Position numbers and translations under genes: made by a program
Shown: positions 32,926 to 50,589 of the stretch, piece after piece
Layout of the letters: each line of letters starts with the position of its first letter
Numbering within the stretch: the first letter of the stretch is position 1
Assembly (NCBI RefSeq): GCF_009914755.1
Contig: NC_060931.1
DNA length: 64,000 bases
Strand: one strand, 5' to 3'
Source: the human T2T-CHM13v2.0 reference genome, Homo sapiens
The notes under the pieces: generated by a model
What the model saw: the letters and a program-made list of their open reading frames with translations, nothing else
Database searches by the model: none
Told to the model about the DNA's origin: nothing

Positions 32926-33624
32926 TAATTACTGAGGTAATTAATTACCTCAGTAATCATTAGTTTTCTTAGCCACTGTCACAAGTGCATCTCCCATAGG
33001 CCTTTCATATTTAGAGGACTGGGAAGGTAGACTTCTTTAATTTTTTTTCCTTGTTGTTGTTTAAAATGTTCAAAATATTCCAAGATTCCATTTTCTTGAA
33101 TATTAAAGAAAATGAAAATGCCCATGCAGGAGGATGTGATGTAGAGATTGAGGAACTAGAGAACACCAGTTCTATTAGGCAGGCTCTCTTAAAGAACACC
33201 CAGAGGATAAGGGAAAGAGACAGTCTTCGACCTCAGAAGAGAACCGACTAAGAGAAACAGTAAATAGTGTAAGTATTAAGAAGGTTACTAGTATCTGCAC
33301 ACTAAAAAAGTATCGAAAACACACCAGACCCCTATAGCTAGAAGTTGATGGGAAAAGCTGGGAAAGTTAGGGAACAATTGATTACAGAAAGTGAACTTTC
33401 AGTTAATCAGATACTGAATTCATGTGAGAATTGTCGGTTTCCTTTGACTCTTGCTCTAACTGAGGGATTCTAAATTATTACTAAGAAGAATCTAATTCTA
33501 AATTATTACTAAGAAGAATGGGTATATACACTTAATTTTTAGTTTGTTATCTTTTAATTACAAAGATAACGTAAGTATAATCTCAATGTTTAAAAGATTC
33601 AAACACTATCAAATAAAAAGTCAA

Positions 33625-33838
33625 AGCCAGCCTGGACACCACGACAAAATCCTATCTCTACAAAAGTTTTTAAAAAAATATGCCAGGCATGGTGGCATGC
33701 CTGTAGTCCTAGCTACTTGGGAGGCTGAGATAGGAGGATTACTTGAGCCCAGGAGGTCAAGACTGCTGTGAGCCGTGATTGTGCCACTGCACTCCAGCCC
33801 AAGTGACAGAGTGATACCCTGTCTCAAACAAAAAAAAA
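33625..33838 (+). mobile_element. 5'-truncated AluJ
   Basis: Alu right arm plus part of the left arm. Confidence 0.9.
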
Positions 33839-34919
33839 GGTCAAAAGAAATGACAGTCTTTTATACTCAGCCAATCCCAACTCTCTTCCAAAAGGAAGCA
33901 TGTTTATAAATTTTCTATATTTATGCACTTATATTACACAGTTACATTGCAAGTTTTTTAAAAACATAAATGGAATGTATTATTCTGACAACTTGCTTTT
34001 TTCATGTAACAACATGTTTTGGAGAGACTTCTGTACCAGTAACATTTACAGACTTCTTAATCCTTTAATAGCTGTATCAATTTCCAAAAACTTACTGATG
34101 GGCATTTAGTTTGCCTCCTACATTTAGGTAATATAATAATCCAATGAACCTTTTACATAAACCTGTGTGAATTTGTGCAGATATTTCTGTAGAATCAAAA
34201 CCTCAAAGTGGAATTTCTAGGTCAATAGGTGTGCAAGTATCAGAAGTCTTTAACTCCAAGCATCAAAAAATCTTCCCCAAACTAGCTTAGGCAAAAAGAC
34301 AATTAGTGGCTCATGAAATTGAACAGAATGGGGTGTTACTTCAGTATTGGCTTGATCCAGAGCTGGAAATATACATTCTCCTAGCTTTCTGGGTTCAATA
34401 CATTTGTCAGCTTCCACACAATAGAGCTCCAAGTTCTATTCCCCAAAGCCACAGCAATTCCAACCCAGTGAATTCACTTATCACCAAACCCAGTGGAAAA
34501 GAGAAGAGTCCATGTCCCAAATTACCAGCAAAGTATTCTCTTGTATCCAACCAGTTTAGGTCATGTTCACTCTTGTATGCACTACCAGGGAAGTCCTACA
34601 TGACAGAAGGTGGGAGAAAGAGGTAGAAGAGGGTGAGGAAGGAAAGCTATTGGGACCGTGCTTATGCTTATCCCATTACTTATGCTAATGGGAAGCATAA
34701 GTAATACACTGCTTCCCATTTGCATATTGCAGGGTGAGACCATTAACTCAAAACTTGAGGTGGGGGGGGGCGGGGCAAAGTGAAGTCAACCCACTTGTCC
34801 CTATTGCTCCCACCAAGTACAGTTTTAAAACCCTGGACATATATTTTTTAAGTTTCAATGACGACTCTGAAATGCAGAGAGAAGGCAGCAGACTCTTTAG
34901 GGACCTCAGATCCTGATGA

Positions 34920-37160
34920 ATGACATACTGGTGAGTTCCCTGGGTTTTCCTTTTGTGTCATATAGCCTAGACTCAGAGCTAAAGAGGTGAAAACAGCAGA
35001 AATACTGATGGGAGCGGACAAAAACAAACACACACCCATGCTCTCTAGCCAAAGGAACTGGAAAGAGGAAACATAGCAAGAGAGAAACTTTCTTACTATA
35101 ACCACCCTAAGTCCAGCCAAACACCACAAAAGAAAATGCAACCCCACTCCCATCTCTACCAGCAAAGGCTGCATGGGGAACTTAGACTCCCACCTTTGCC
35201 CAGCTGTTAACAAGGCAGCCTTCCCCCTTCTGCGAGAAGAGTATCAAAGAAGACCAAGTAGGAAATCAGGACTTTCAACCATTCCCAGTGGTAAACAAGC
35301 TTTCCCCCACCAAGAGTGAAAGCAAATCCACGTGGATCCTGGACTCCCACCCAGACCCAGTAGTAAAGAGTTTCCTTTCCACCTCCTCACTGGGATGGTG
35401 TCCAAGGTGGCTGAATGGGAAACCAAAACTTTCACTACCATCTAATGATAATGAGGCCTTCACCTACCTTTCCCCCATCCTGCTCCTCTGCTGTGGTATC
35501 AGTGGAGGCCAAGTGGGGAGACTGAAATCCCACCTCTGTCTAGCCATAACAAGACACTTCTCTCCACTGGGGTGTCCAAGTAGGCCAAGTGGGGAACCTG
35601 GACCTTCCCCTGGCACAACCTAGCAGTAGTAGGTTGTACCACCAACCCCGCTAATTCCCCAACAGGTAAATTATCACAGGAGGTATGCTAAAGAGAAGAC
35701 TTAAAAAACATCCAGAGTTTCATAATGCAGTACTCGAAATGTCTAACATACAATAGAAAACCTCATGTCATACCAAAAACCAGGAAGATCTCAAACTGAA
35801 TGAGGAAACAATAGGCACAAACACTGAGATAACAAAGATATTGGAATTTTCTGACAAAGATTTTAAAACGGTCATAAAAATGCTTCAATAAGTAATTACA
35901 AGCATGCTTGAAGCAAACGAAAAAAAGTCTCAGCAAGAAATATATAAAGAAAAATACAAATGGAAATTTCACAACTGAAAAATACAATTACCAATTTTTT
36001 TTTTTTTTTTTTAACAAAACCTCCATGGGTAGGCTCAACAACATAGTGGAGAGGACAGAACAATCAGTGAACTTGAAAACAATAGAAGTTACCTAATTTA
36101 AACAACAGAAAATCAAAAAATAAAAGAAACAGAACCTCAGAGATCCGGGTGACTGTAACAAAAGATCTACCATTCTTGTAATCAGAGTCCATAAAAAGAA
36201 AAGAGAAACAGATTGGAACTTTAAGAAAAAATACTTCAAGAAATATTGGCTAATGACTAAAAATGTCCCAAATTTGGCAAGAGACTACAGATTCAATAAG
36301 CGGAGTAAACCCCAAACAGGCAAAATCCAAACAAATCCACACCAAGACACAGCACAATCAAACTTCAGAAAACTAAGGAGAAAGAAAAAAATTTTTTCAA
36401 AAACAGCAAAGAAAAAAGTGACATCTATATGGGGGGGAGAAAAATTCAAAAGACAGCAGATTTCTCATGAGAAACCAGAGAACCCAGAAGGAAGTGGCAT
36501 GTTTTTCAAGAGAGGAACAAAAAGAACTATGAATCCTGAATTCTACACTTGGCAAAATTATCCTTCAGGAATGAAAGGAAAAAAACACATTCTCAGATGA
36601 AGAAAACTATGAAAATTTGTCATCGGCATAGCTACCCTAAAAAAAATGGTTAAAAAAAGTTCTTGAAAGAGAAAGGACATGATAAAAGAGGAACCTTAGA
36701 ACATCAGAAAGAACCATGGAAAGAGCAAATATATAGGTAAACACAATAGACTTTCCTTCTCCTGTGTTTTCTAAATTATGTTTGACAATCAGGGCGAAAA
36801 GTATAACATTGCCTGATGAGGATCCTAAAGAATGTATAGGAAATATCGAAGACAATCAAAAACACAGAAAGGTAAAGAGACTCAAAAGGAGATAATAGTT
36901 CCACACTTCATTCGAACTGGTAAAATTTCAACACCAATAGATCTTGTAGAAATGGAATAACTCTTTCTCGATTGCAGTGGTAATTACAAGAATCTACACA
37001 AGTAATGAAATGGCATAGAACCATATGCACACATTCTACCGACATTAATTTATTGGTTTTAATATATTATCCTATAGTTACACAAGATTTAACAATTGAG
37101 AGAAACTGAGTGAAGAGTACACAGGACATTACTCTACTAGTTTTATCAAATTTAAAAAAT
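34920..37160 (+). mobile_element. Ancient L1M (5' region/ORF1-like and 3' fragments)
   Basis: A-rich degenerate ORF1-like motifs (agaacctcagagatc, aaatccacaccaagacac, aaattatccttcagga). Confidence 0.65.
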
Positions 37161-37324
37161 AAAAACTTTTAGAGAAGGATGGGTAAGCATTAAGACTCAG
37201 ACACTGTTATCCCATCCTGAAGCTCAATTACCAAGAGAAAGATTTTTTTTTTCTCTTGATGGCACCATCTTTCCTCATGGTGGCACCTTTCCAAGGAAAA
37301 ATACAGTACTTGAAAAGAATCTTA

Positions 37325-37846
<522 letters not shown>

Positions 37847-39117
37847 CTACGGTTCAGAAGAAAAATTTGCCTGTTTACAAAGCTAGTTTAAATTTCCTAT
37901 TAATTTATCCTTTGGCCAATTTATTTTCTGGACTAACTTTCACATTTTGGAATTCAAAGCACCTTTGTCACTGGAAAATTTTTGAAAAACAGCCACTCTG
38001 GAGGGAACCTATCACTATCAATCCAGTGAAAAACATTCACTGTACTCCTACCACTCACAGGCAGTAAGCTAAAGGTAACGGGGATAAAACACATTGGTAT
38101 GCAAAGTGCTCCTACTGTCAAGTGCTCACAGTCTTGGGAGAGAGGAATATGACCACAAAAGATAGCAGCAGTCACCACAACTGGATTGACAGAAGACAGA
38201 CTATGATGTCTCCTCTCAATCCACCTTTTTAGAATACATGCCACACAGAAATTAAGCTAACAATTGCACTGAAAACTTGAGATTTTATTCTCTTTCCCTA
38301 GACTGTGTATTGTGAGTTTATGTTGATCATCACTGTGTCTCCAGCACCTGACAGGGAAAACACTCAATGCTTATTTGTTGGATCAGTGAATGGGTGAATG
38401 AATTAATGAATAAAGGTGAAAGGGGTGGAAGAAGGGAAGAGAGAATTAACCAAGCAGCGTATTGGAACCCTGAAGAGTAAGGTGACCTGTAAAAAATTTG
38501 TAATGGATAAAGGACATTTAAGTTCAAAGATGTCTAATATTCAATTCTAAATTGTTTTTACATAGGTACAAAATTACTCCCTCCCATTTGCTCCCAGAAT
38601 TAGACAAAGCCTGTCACATCAACCAACGCCTTATGTGAGTAATTTGGGGAAAAAAATAAGGAAAGGGGTTCCTTGTCTGGATCACTAAGAAATAATGAGA
38701 AACAAGACATGTGAAGGTTAAGCAGAAGCAGAAAGAGTCAGAGGTCATTATAGGATGACCTGGGAGTACACAAATCTCAAGAAGGACATTGGACCTCCTA
38801 CTTTCTTAGAGGATATTGAATAATTTGTTTGAGCCAATTTTACTTAAATCTCAAAGGTCTAAGAGACCTCACCTCACTTTGTGGTCCAATAGTCCTTGCA
38901 TTTTTTGTTTAGGATAACAGGACCAAGAGATCGTTAAGGGAGAAGAGAAGGAAAGCAAAGAAATATAATTTTTTAGAAAATAAAGTTGGTATTCCCACTC
39001 CTAGATACACACACAAAAGAATTAAAAAATACCTATGTATACAATAGTGTTCATAATAGGCAAATATTAGAAACAGGTGTCCATCAACAAATAAATGAAT
39101 AAAACTGTTGCATGTAC

Positions 39118-39535
39118 TGTGATAACTGATTACAAGAACTGGAGTTATTCTGTCATACTCAATCGAGTTAAATCAAGAGATCAGGAGAGGAAAAAAGCAG
39201 CACACAGGGCACAAGGGCCTGCCCAGGTATTGTGCAAGCCAGCTGCCAAAATGACCAAATGCCATAAACTTAAGAACAGCTTCACCTAGTAGCTGCTGAA
39301 ACAAACTGCCATGGCTCTAAAACTAGTTTTACCTACTGCTTTCCCACACCGATGAGATCTGCCAGCTCCTGGAAACTTTCCTATTGCCAATGAGTTTTCT
39401 TTCAAAGCCATGTGTAACATTTCTCTTTCTGATAAAACCCCCAACCTTTCTTAGTTCTTTGGACATACCAAAGACTACCCTGGTCTGTGTGTATGCCTCA
39501 AATTGCAATTCTGTTTTTTCAAATAAAATGTTTAC
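39118..39535 (+). mobile_element. ERV1 solo LTR (MER34-like)
   Basis: aactagttttacctac..., gataaaacccccaacc..., aattgcaattct...aataaa motifs. Confidence 0.6.
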
Positions 39536-39638
39536 AGAAAAAGAGAAAATAAAGTTGGAATTTATATCTAGAAAAAGGAGGAGACAAAGAAAACTCTAAA
39601 GGCAGTAAAGTAACCAATGAGTAATCTATGATTTTTAC

Positions 39639-39695
39639 CTCATTTTGTCTGGTTTGACAATCATATAATCCAAAGACGACATTTCCCTTATCATC
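39639..39695 (-). CDS. GSAP: GSAP exon 3: DDKGNVVFGLYDCQTRQNE
   Basis: ttttag|GAT...GAG|gtaaaa; 57 nt. Confidence 0.96.
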
Positions 39696-40239
39696 CTAAA
39701 AAAAATTAACCAGATGTTTATTAAATGTCATTGTTTAGGAAGTTAGAATGTTACTAGTTTTAAAACCAACCTGCAATAACTCAATCTTAGCAGTAAGCAC
39801 TCTAAAAGAAGCTTTCTGTGCCTGTCAGAGGGGGACTGAATCCAGTTCAGCTAGTCATTTGGGCTCAAAGAATGAAATGGATCAACAGTGTAGAGCTCAG
39901 TGAGTTTGGGGAACTGTCTAGTAGGACTGAGCATGGTGGGCGTAAATCTTTTTATACTTCCACTTATGTCTTTGAAAACACACACATATGATAGATAATA
40001 GGGATGACTAGGACAAGTCCGTAACATTCTTATAAGTAAAACATTGTGAATCACACAATTCCTTAAAGGTACCATTCTAAGACACAACTTAAAATAATTA
40101 TTTTTACTTTAAAAAGTACAGTGATATAACTGTGCAAAGCAAACTGGCCATTTGAATTATTCATGTGTGCTTATTATAGTAAAGTTAAATTTTCCTTAGA
40201 ACACTTGACATTGAAAACACATTGTTAAATAACATGCTT

Positions 40240-40918
<679 letters not shown>

Positions 40919-41108
40919 TAATACTACTAAATTTCAATCACTTTATTCAGTCTCACACACACAAAGTCATATGTTAAGATTAAATGCCAACAAGTTTATT
41001 CATTACCCTTCAATAAGATACAGTATAGAATTCTGTAAAAAGAGAATATAAATGATTAAAAACAGTAAATTTTACATCTTACCACAATAAAAAAGAATAT
41101 AGACATAC

Positions 41109-41185
41109 CTTATAGGTATAAATAATATTTCCATTTCTTTCAACATTTAATACACGTAAGCTCTCATAATCGTTTTCTAAAACAT
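41109..41185 (-). CDS. GSAP: GSAP exon 2: DVLENDYESLRVLNVERNGNIIYTYK
   Basis: ttcag|ATG...AAG|gtatgt; 77 nt; in frame. Confidence 0.96.
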
Positions 41186-43486
41186 CTGAAATGATAATAG
41201 GAGGTTAATACTCAGCAGAAGATGGTTAAAAACATATCTAACCAATATATTAGTGAAGGAAGCCAAATATAAATATATACTAATAATTCTATTATATAAA
41301 ACTTAAAAACAGGCAAAACGAATCTCTTTTATTAGAAGTACAAACAGTAGTAACCTTTAAGGAAGGAGAAAGCCATAGTCATTGAGAGGTATCTCAAGTG
41401 AGCCTTGTTACGTGTTGGTAATGTTAAATGTTTTGGGTATACTGATATACTCTGCAATAACTCACTGAACTGTATACACTCTTTTCTGTGTGAATGTTAT
41501 ACAATAAATTTCAAGTATCTATTAGTTTTTGCTTTATGCATTTTGAGGATATATCATTAAGGGCATACGAATTTGGAATTGTTATAGCCTCCTGTAGATT
41601 AACCACTGTTAGGCTCTAAGCTGAGCTGCCAGGTGTCTGAGTACTCAATTAAAACAAGATTAAAAAGTTAATATTAACTTTTTAACAGTCAAGCTTTTAA
41701 TCACTTACTGTGATGCTATAAAGCAAGAGGCTAAACAAGAGAAAGTGCTAATGTCCCTGGTCTATTTTCTCCCCATGGAATGGTGCCATTAGCCAAGGGT
41801 CAGGTGAATCAGCACAGATATGGAGCTCTCTTCACTATCGAGGGACCCTCCCAAAAAGGTTCCTGCAGGATCACGGATACAGGAGCCGAGGGTAGGGAGA
41901 GGGAGAAGAGCTAGGAGTGGAAAAGTATTTCACTGGAGTAGAGAAAAAACAGTCTTCGAAGCTCCCCTCTCCCCGCTGCTAAGGCGGTTTTGGTGGTTTA
42001 GAGGCACCTGAGAAAGGTCTCTGCTAAAGGCCTCTGATAAAGAGGCCTCTAAATGAAGAACCCGGGCTAGGGATGCAGCTATCTGTAAGAGTATGGCTGG
42101 CCAGCGGGGCCTGAATCACAGGCACAACTCATTTCAGGGACTACAGGGCATTGACCACACACCAAGTCGGATTTGGGGAGGGCAGCTTTCTCCCATAAGG
42201 CCTGTCAGATAAAGTCTTTGTAACTGCACATAGTTGGGTCTGAAAAATTACACATAAGTTTTTAATATAGGAGCTGGATTAGCAACCCTTTATTCATTAT
42301 ACAATGTCCTTTATTTCTAATAATTATTTTTACTTTAAGGTCTACTTTGTCTGATATTAGTATAACTACATCAGCTTGGTTAGTGCTTGCATAACTTTCT
42401 GTTATTAATCTTCCTGTGTCCTTATATTGAAGATATGTTTTATAAGCAGTATCCACTTGAGATTTTTTCCTCCAATCTGACATTCTTAATCTTTTAATTG
42501 GGATATGTAGTCCATTTTTACATTCAATGTAATTACTAACATATTGGGTTGATATTTATCATATTACTATTTGTTTTCTACGTGTCTCACCTGTTTTACT
42601 ACTCTTCTAAGTTTATTATTTCATTCTATTACCTATTGTCAGTTATATGTTTTTGCTATTCTTTTATTAGTTATACTAAAAGTTGTAACAGGCATCCTTG
42701 ACTTATTATGTTTTAGTATTATGTGATGCAAAAAAAATCTGAAGCAACTGAAACTCTCATACATTGTTAATGGGAGTATAAATTGGAAAACTGGCAATAT
42801 CTAGTGAAGCTGAACACATGACTCAGCAACTGCACTTGTACATATATCTTCAAAAGAAATATATACATATATTTAGCAAGGGACACATAAGAATGTCTAT
42901 AGTACTGTGGTACATTATTGCCCAAACCAGAAACCCAAACTATCCATTAAGTGAAGAATGAATAAATTGTGTTATATCCAAACAGTGGAATAGTACAAAA
43001 CAATGAATTAATATTCTGCAATAACACATGTGAAACTGAGCAAAAGAACCTTCCCCACCACCAAAAGAAGGTACAAATTGTATGTTTCAATTCATACACA
43101 AGTTTTCAATAATGGGCACAACTAATGTACAGTGTTAGATAAGTGACTGTTAGAAAGGAGCATGAAGGACTTCTGAGGTTCCATTAATGTTTTCCTTCCT
43201 GTTCTGAGTCTTAGTTGCATAAGTGTGTTTCACTTGGTGAAAATTAACTAAGCTGTGAACTTATAACTTGTGTCCTTGTCTATATGAAAGCCCTATTTTG
43301 CTGAAGGATATACAGACTCTTTACACAAAACATTTAACCTATAAGTTAACTGACCATCTTTCTTCTAAAATTTTAGGATATTTCTCCTAATTCTACAGTT
43401 AAAGGATTTAAACACTGGTAGATTCACCATTGTAATTATCACTAATTGGGCAGAAGTGTGTACTTTCCCAATTTCCTCAAAAGTTA

Positions 43487-44412
<926 letters not shown>

Positions 44413-44969
44413 CTTATGGCTAAGTAGGCCTTCACAATTTAGAGAGTTCTCATTTCTATCTCATCTGCATTGTATAAGGTATTCCAGGCCTACTATACTT
44501 TTCAATGAGATAATGATACTTGACCAATATACAGTGAAAAGGTGGCGTAGACTGAACTCAAACCTAGAAAAAGGTAAACAGAACAATGGACTGAGTGTTC
44601 TGTATCAAGCTTACAATGAGAAAATGGGTAATTACTCAAAAGTCCTTTGAAAGGCAGATATTGTAGACATCTAAAGAGAATTTCAGTGAGTTTGTTCATC
44701 CTGTACATGACTCAAAACTTCTGGAATGCAATGTGTCAATATTTTGAGAAGTATTTTTTTTCTTTCAAGATTATAAGTATGCGAGGAGAGATCGTCGCAA
44801 AAGTACAGTTAAAAGGTTTCGGCTAAGATAAGAACTCCTTCACAAGAAATCTTGCTAAATCCAATTTACTTGCAAAAGCGTATCTATTTTCAGATTACTA
44901 TAATACTAAGAGAAAAAATTCTCCAACAAACGCAGATTACAATAAATGACACATTTTTATCCCATTAAA

Positions 44970-45155
44970 CTAGTGGTTCTCAACTCTGGCTGTCTTAAAA
45001 TCATTAAGGGAGCTTTTAAAAGAACACTGATGCCCCAAGCCATACCCAGGATATTCTGATTTTATTGAGCTGGTGTGGAGCCCACTCTCTGGTGTACATG
45101 TATGTGTTTTAGATTCCCTGGGTGATTCTAATGTACAGCCAGGGTTAAGAACCAT
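44970..45155. mobile_element. MER5A-like hAT-Charlie element
   Basis: tagtggttctcaac...gattctaatgtacagccagggttaagaaccattg. Confidence 0.75.
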
Positions 45156-46439
45156 TGAACTACAAATGTACATTACATATTAAGCAATATTTGTTAGAGG
45201 GCATAACTTGGACCATCTTATAATATAACCATGGTAGACAGAGAGTTGAAAGAAATAAAAATAATGTTTTCATGGGAACATTAGGTAATAACTGCAGGGC
45301 TGAATACCCTGCAGTTAAGTACACAGTTCACATTTCAAGGACATGTGAAATAGACAAATTTGGTAATGTTGCAAATCCAGAGACCAATGTCTCACCACAT
45401 ACTATTAAGCCATCGGCTCTTCCTCCCTGGACGAGTTGCCCATGTCTTAACACACCCTTTTAAAAGAAGTATTCAGTAACCTCTTTGCTTATTCATTCTG
45501 ACTCTTCTCCCAGTAGTTCATCACTGGAAAGTCCAGAGGAAGAAGTTTTGCAATTTCAAATGAGGAAATGTGGCTTAATTTCACAGTTTAGTATATTCAG
45601 TTCTCATGAATAAAACAATGTAGCATTTTGATAGATACTTGCATAGGTAAACCTATAAAAGAAACGAGAGTACCTAGATATTAAAGATATTGGCAAGGCA
45701 TAGCTCTTGTAAAACAAAAGCTGGTTGGCCAGATATTCTCATTCGTTTCAATCTATTCTTTGTCAAACAAAAGTGATTTCACTTTACAGGAATAGGGGTT
45801 CTCAAATGTGTACATTTTATCCCAAACTGCTATGAGACAAAAATTAAAGTATTTGTCTTTCCAATGACCATATTTAAGGAGAAAAACGTCATTCAGCCTT
45901 ATACAAAATTTTGAACTAGTTCCTAATACATACATCAAGAGGTGACAAAATATGATTATACCTATAACATTCCTATTCTGTAAATAATTCATATAAATCC
46001 TCAGGCTCAAGATGACCAGTTATTATAATTCCTAAACCTATGCAGTAAACATTATGTGATTTATATTTCATATTCTGAGTAAAATGAAGTTAAGAGAGAG
46101 ATGAGAATTAGAAGAGGAGACTAGGAAAGAATTAGCGGAAAAAAAAGTAAAAAGGACAGATAGTGGCAAGAAAATAGTAAAAAAAAAAAAAAAAAAAAAG
46201 TGAAAACAATGTGATTAAGGTAACCCTCTGGCCCCCAAATCAATCTAGGAATACATAGGAGGCAACCAAAAAAAGTATTATTCTTGAATCAGTCACTTGG
46301 TAAAATATACCACTTCCCTGGCAAAGATTACAATATTTGAAAGACAAGTCAATCTGGTGTATCATAAATCCAAGACTAATAAAAGCAGGCAAGAAAATCT
46401 ACATCCTTTCCAGTCTTAAATATTGACATTTAAATGTTA

Positions 46440-48100
<1,661 letters not shown>

Positions 48101-49822
48101 ACAGCAAACCCCAGAAACCCCCCAAAAGCCACCCACTGGAAAAATAAGTTGGGTTCCCCAGGATGCACTCTGAGACAGAGTTTAGTACCCAGTATGTTCA
48201 TCAGGGAGTGCTCAGGAAAGTGGGATTAACACCCTTAAGAGGAAGGAGAAGGAAGCAAGTCCTGGTAGGTGAGAAGTCCAGTAGCAACGCAGGCCCAATA
48301 TCCTCAGGTGACCTTGGGTCCCTCAAAGAGGAAGCTTCGGAACTGAAATGGAGTTGTCCCACGTTCAGTCAAAATGGCCAGGCCTTTAAAGCCCACTCAG
48401 TTTCACGTGGTCCATACCCAAAAGGAAGTGAAGTTGGGTAGGGCAGCCCTCTTGGCAGGCAATCCCTGAAGGGGCTGACAGCTGAAGACTGCCTGCTGAC
48501 TATACTCACAGCACCTGGGACAAGCTGTTCTTTGAAAGGAAAATCTAAGGGGTGCATCTCCATGTCCACCATCGTGTTGAATTCACACTATGGAACACTA
48601 TATAGCATTAATTAATACAAATTAATAACCTGCAGCTAGCCAGTCAATATGGGTAAATCTCACAATATTGAGAAGGAAAATAAGCAAAAGGAATGCATAC
48701 AGTATGTTTAAAGTTCACAGGCAAGCAAAATGAAATATTTTGCCCATACATATAGGCTAAAACTACAAATAAAGTCAAAGTAATGTTAAAATATAAAAAT
48801 GTAAATGGTTGCCAACCTAGGAGGTGAGGATGAGAGAAAGAAATAGAATCAGAAAGGAGCACATAAGAGACTTCAAGAGTCTTGACATTGCTCTGTTTTT
48901 AAGCTGGGTAGTGGATACACGGTTTTACTTCGGTGGTTTTTTTTTTTTCTTTTATCATTTACAGCTACCTGTTAAAATATTCTTTTATGTAGTTGTTTTG
49001 ATTTTTAACAAATATCTTCTTTTATTTCAGGAGAAACTGTTTTCTCAAAAGTTCAACCCAGAACCAGGAGCAAATGCAGTAACCAAATCTGTTCTCCTTC
49101 CTCCTTGACCCCTTATTGACCAAAATGCTTACAGGCACAGAATTTCCATGGCTGACTCAGCCCAGCTCTCTGTTTTGCCAGGAATATATCATACATATCT
49201 CATGAGAATTACTTAGCACCTCTAAGAAAACTTCAATTGTATTTGTTGATGTAAAAACATTAAGGCTTCAAATTCAGAAAGCAAGTATGCATAGAGGAGG
49301 CATTACAATGGTATAGTAATTCATAATTTACATTTGAAAAGCCAGAACTTTGAAAGGATAATGATTTCCACAAATGTGTGTTGTAACTGCTGTGCTAGAA
49401 ATGAGACAGAATCCCAGATTTCCCTGCCACTGCTATAAATTACAGAACAGGAATTAATTTGTGTGGGGGTATTTTTGAGCTACCACCCACTGGTGATTAT
49501 CAGAGGTGATAATTCTCTTAGTATAACAGGGCTAATATCTTACCAAGATATTTGCTCTGAAAGAGCAAAATACTACCAGTATCAGAAAAGCTAGTATTTC
49601 CAGAAAGTACCTTCTGAGGACCTAGGGCTATCTGTTGTTTAGTGGAAGGTCAATACACAAGTTTATATTTCTTCAGAGATGAGCGAAAGATACAAGGAAG
49701 CCAGGTCCCAGTGGGTCACACACAGCTTTTCAAGCACGACACACATTACGGAAACATAAGACTGTGGCATTTCACACTCATCTAACTTCTCATTTGCAGA
49801 CACCTGCCATTTAGCAAAATAA

Positions 49823-50108
<286 letters not shown>

Positions 50109-50589
50109 AAAATTCTTCCTTGACCACCCTCTCCACCTCGAAAAAAAGTAAAGCCTTACTAAGCATGACACTAATGCAAACTCAATGCATACGCTACACA
50201 AACATGTAACTCCTTATTTGGAGCTAATAATATTCCAAGCCAAGGAAACCTACAAATAATTTCGCTATAGTCATAGGAGAGTGTGAAGATACAAGATAGC
50301 AACTTGATATATAACTCACATCAAGAAAACTTTCACCAGCGTTTAAGGGAAAGGAGTTGTAGATGTGGGTCATTTAATACCCACTTCCAAATTCACTGAA
50401 GTGGACAGCGCCCTACACACAAGGTGAGACCTACAGGCATCATTGCTTTGAAGCTGCATTTAAGCTCTGAAGCTCCAATATTTATAGAAGACTTTTAAAA
50501 CTTTGTAAGAAATCACAAAGTTCCCCTTCTTTAAAACAGATCAGTGCTGGGAAGGCTCAAAAGTCACTTTCACTCCCTTACCAAATCAT

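Noticed and set aside
33467-33519. 28-bp tandem duplication (also short duplications at ~15004-15040 and 23148-23173)
   Set aside because: Two-copy slippage duplications without spacers. Not CRISPR-like or otherwise organised.
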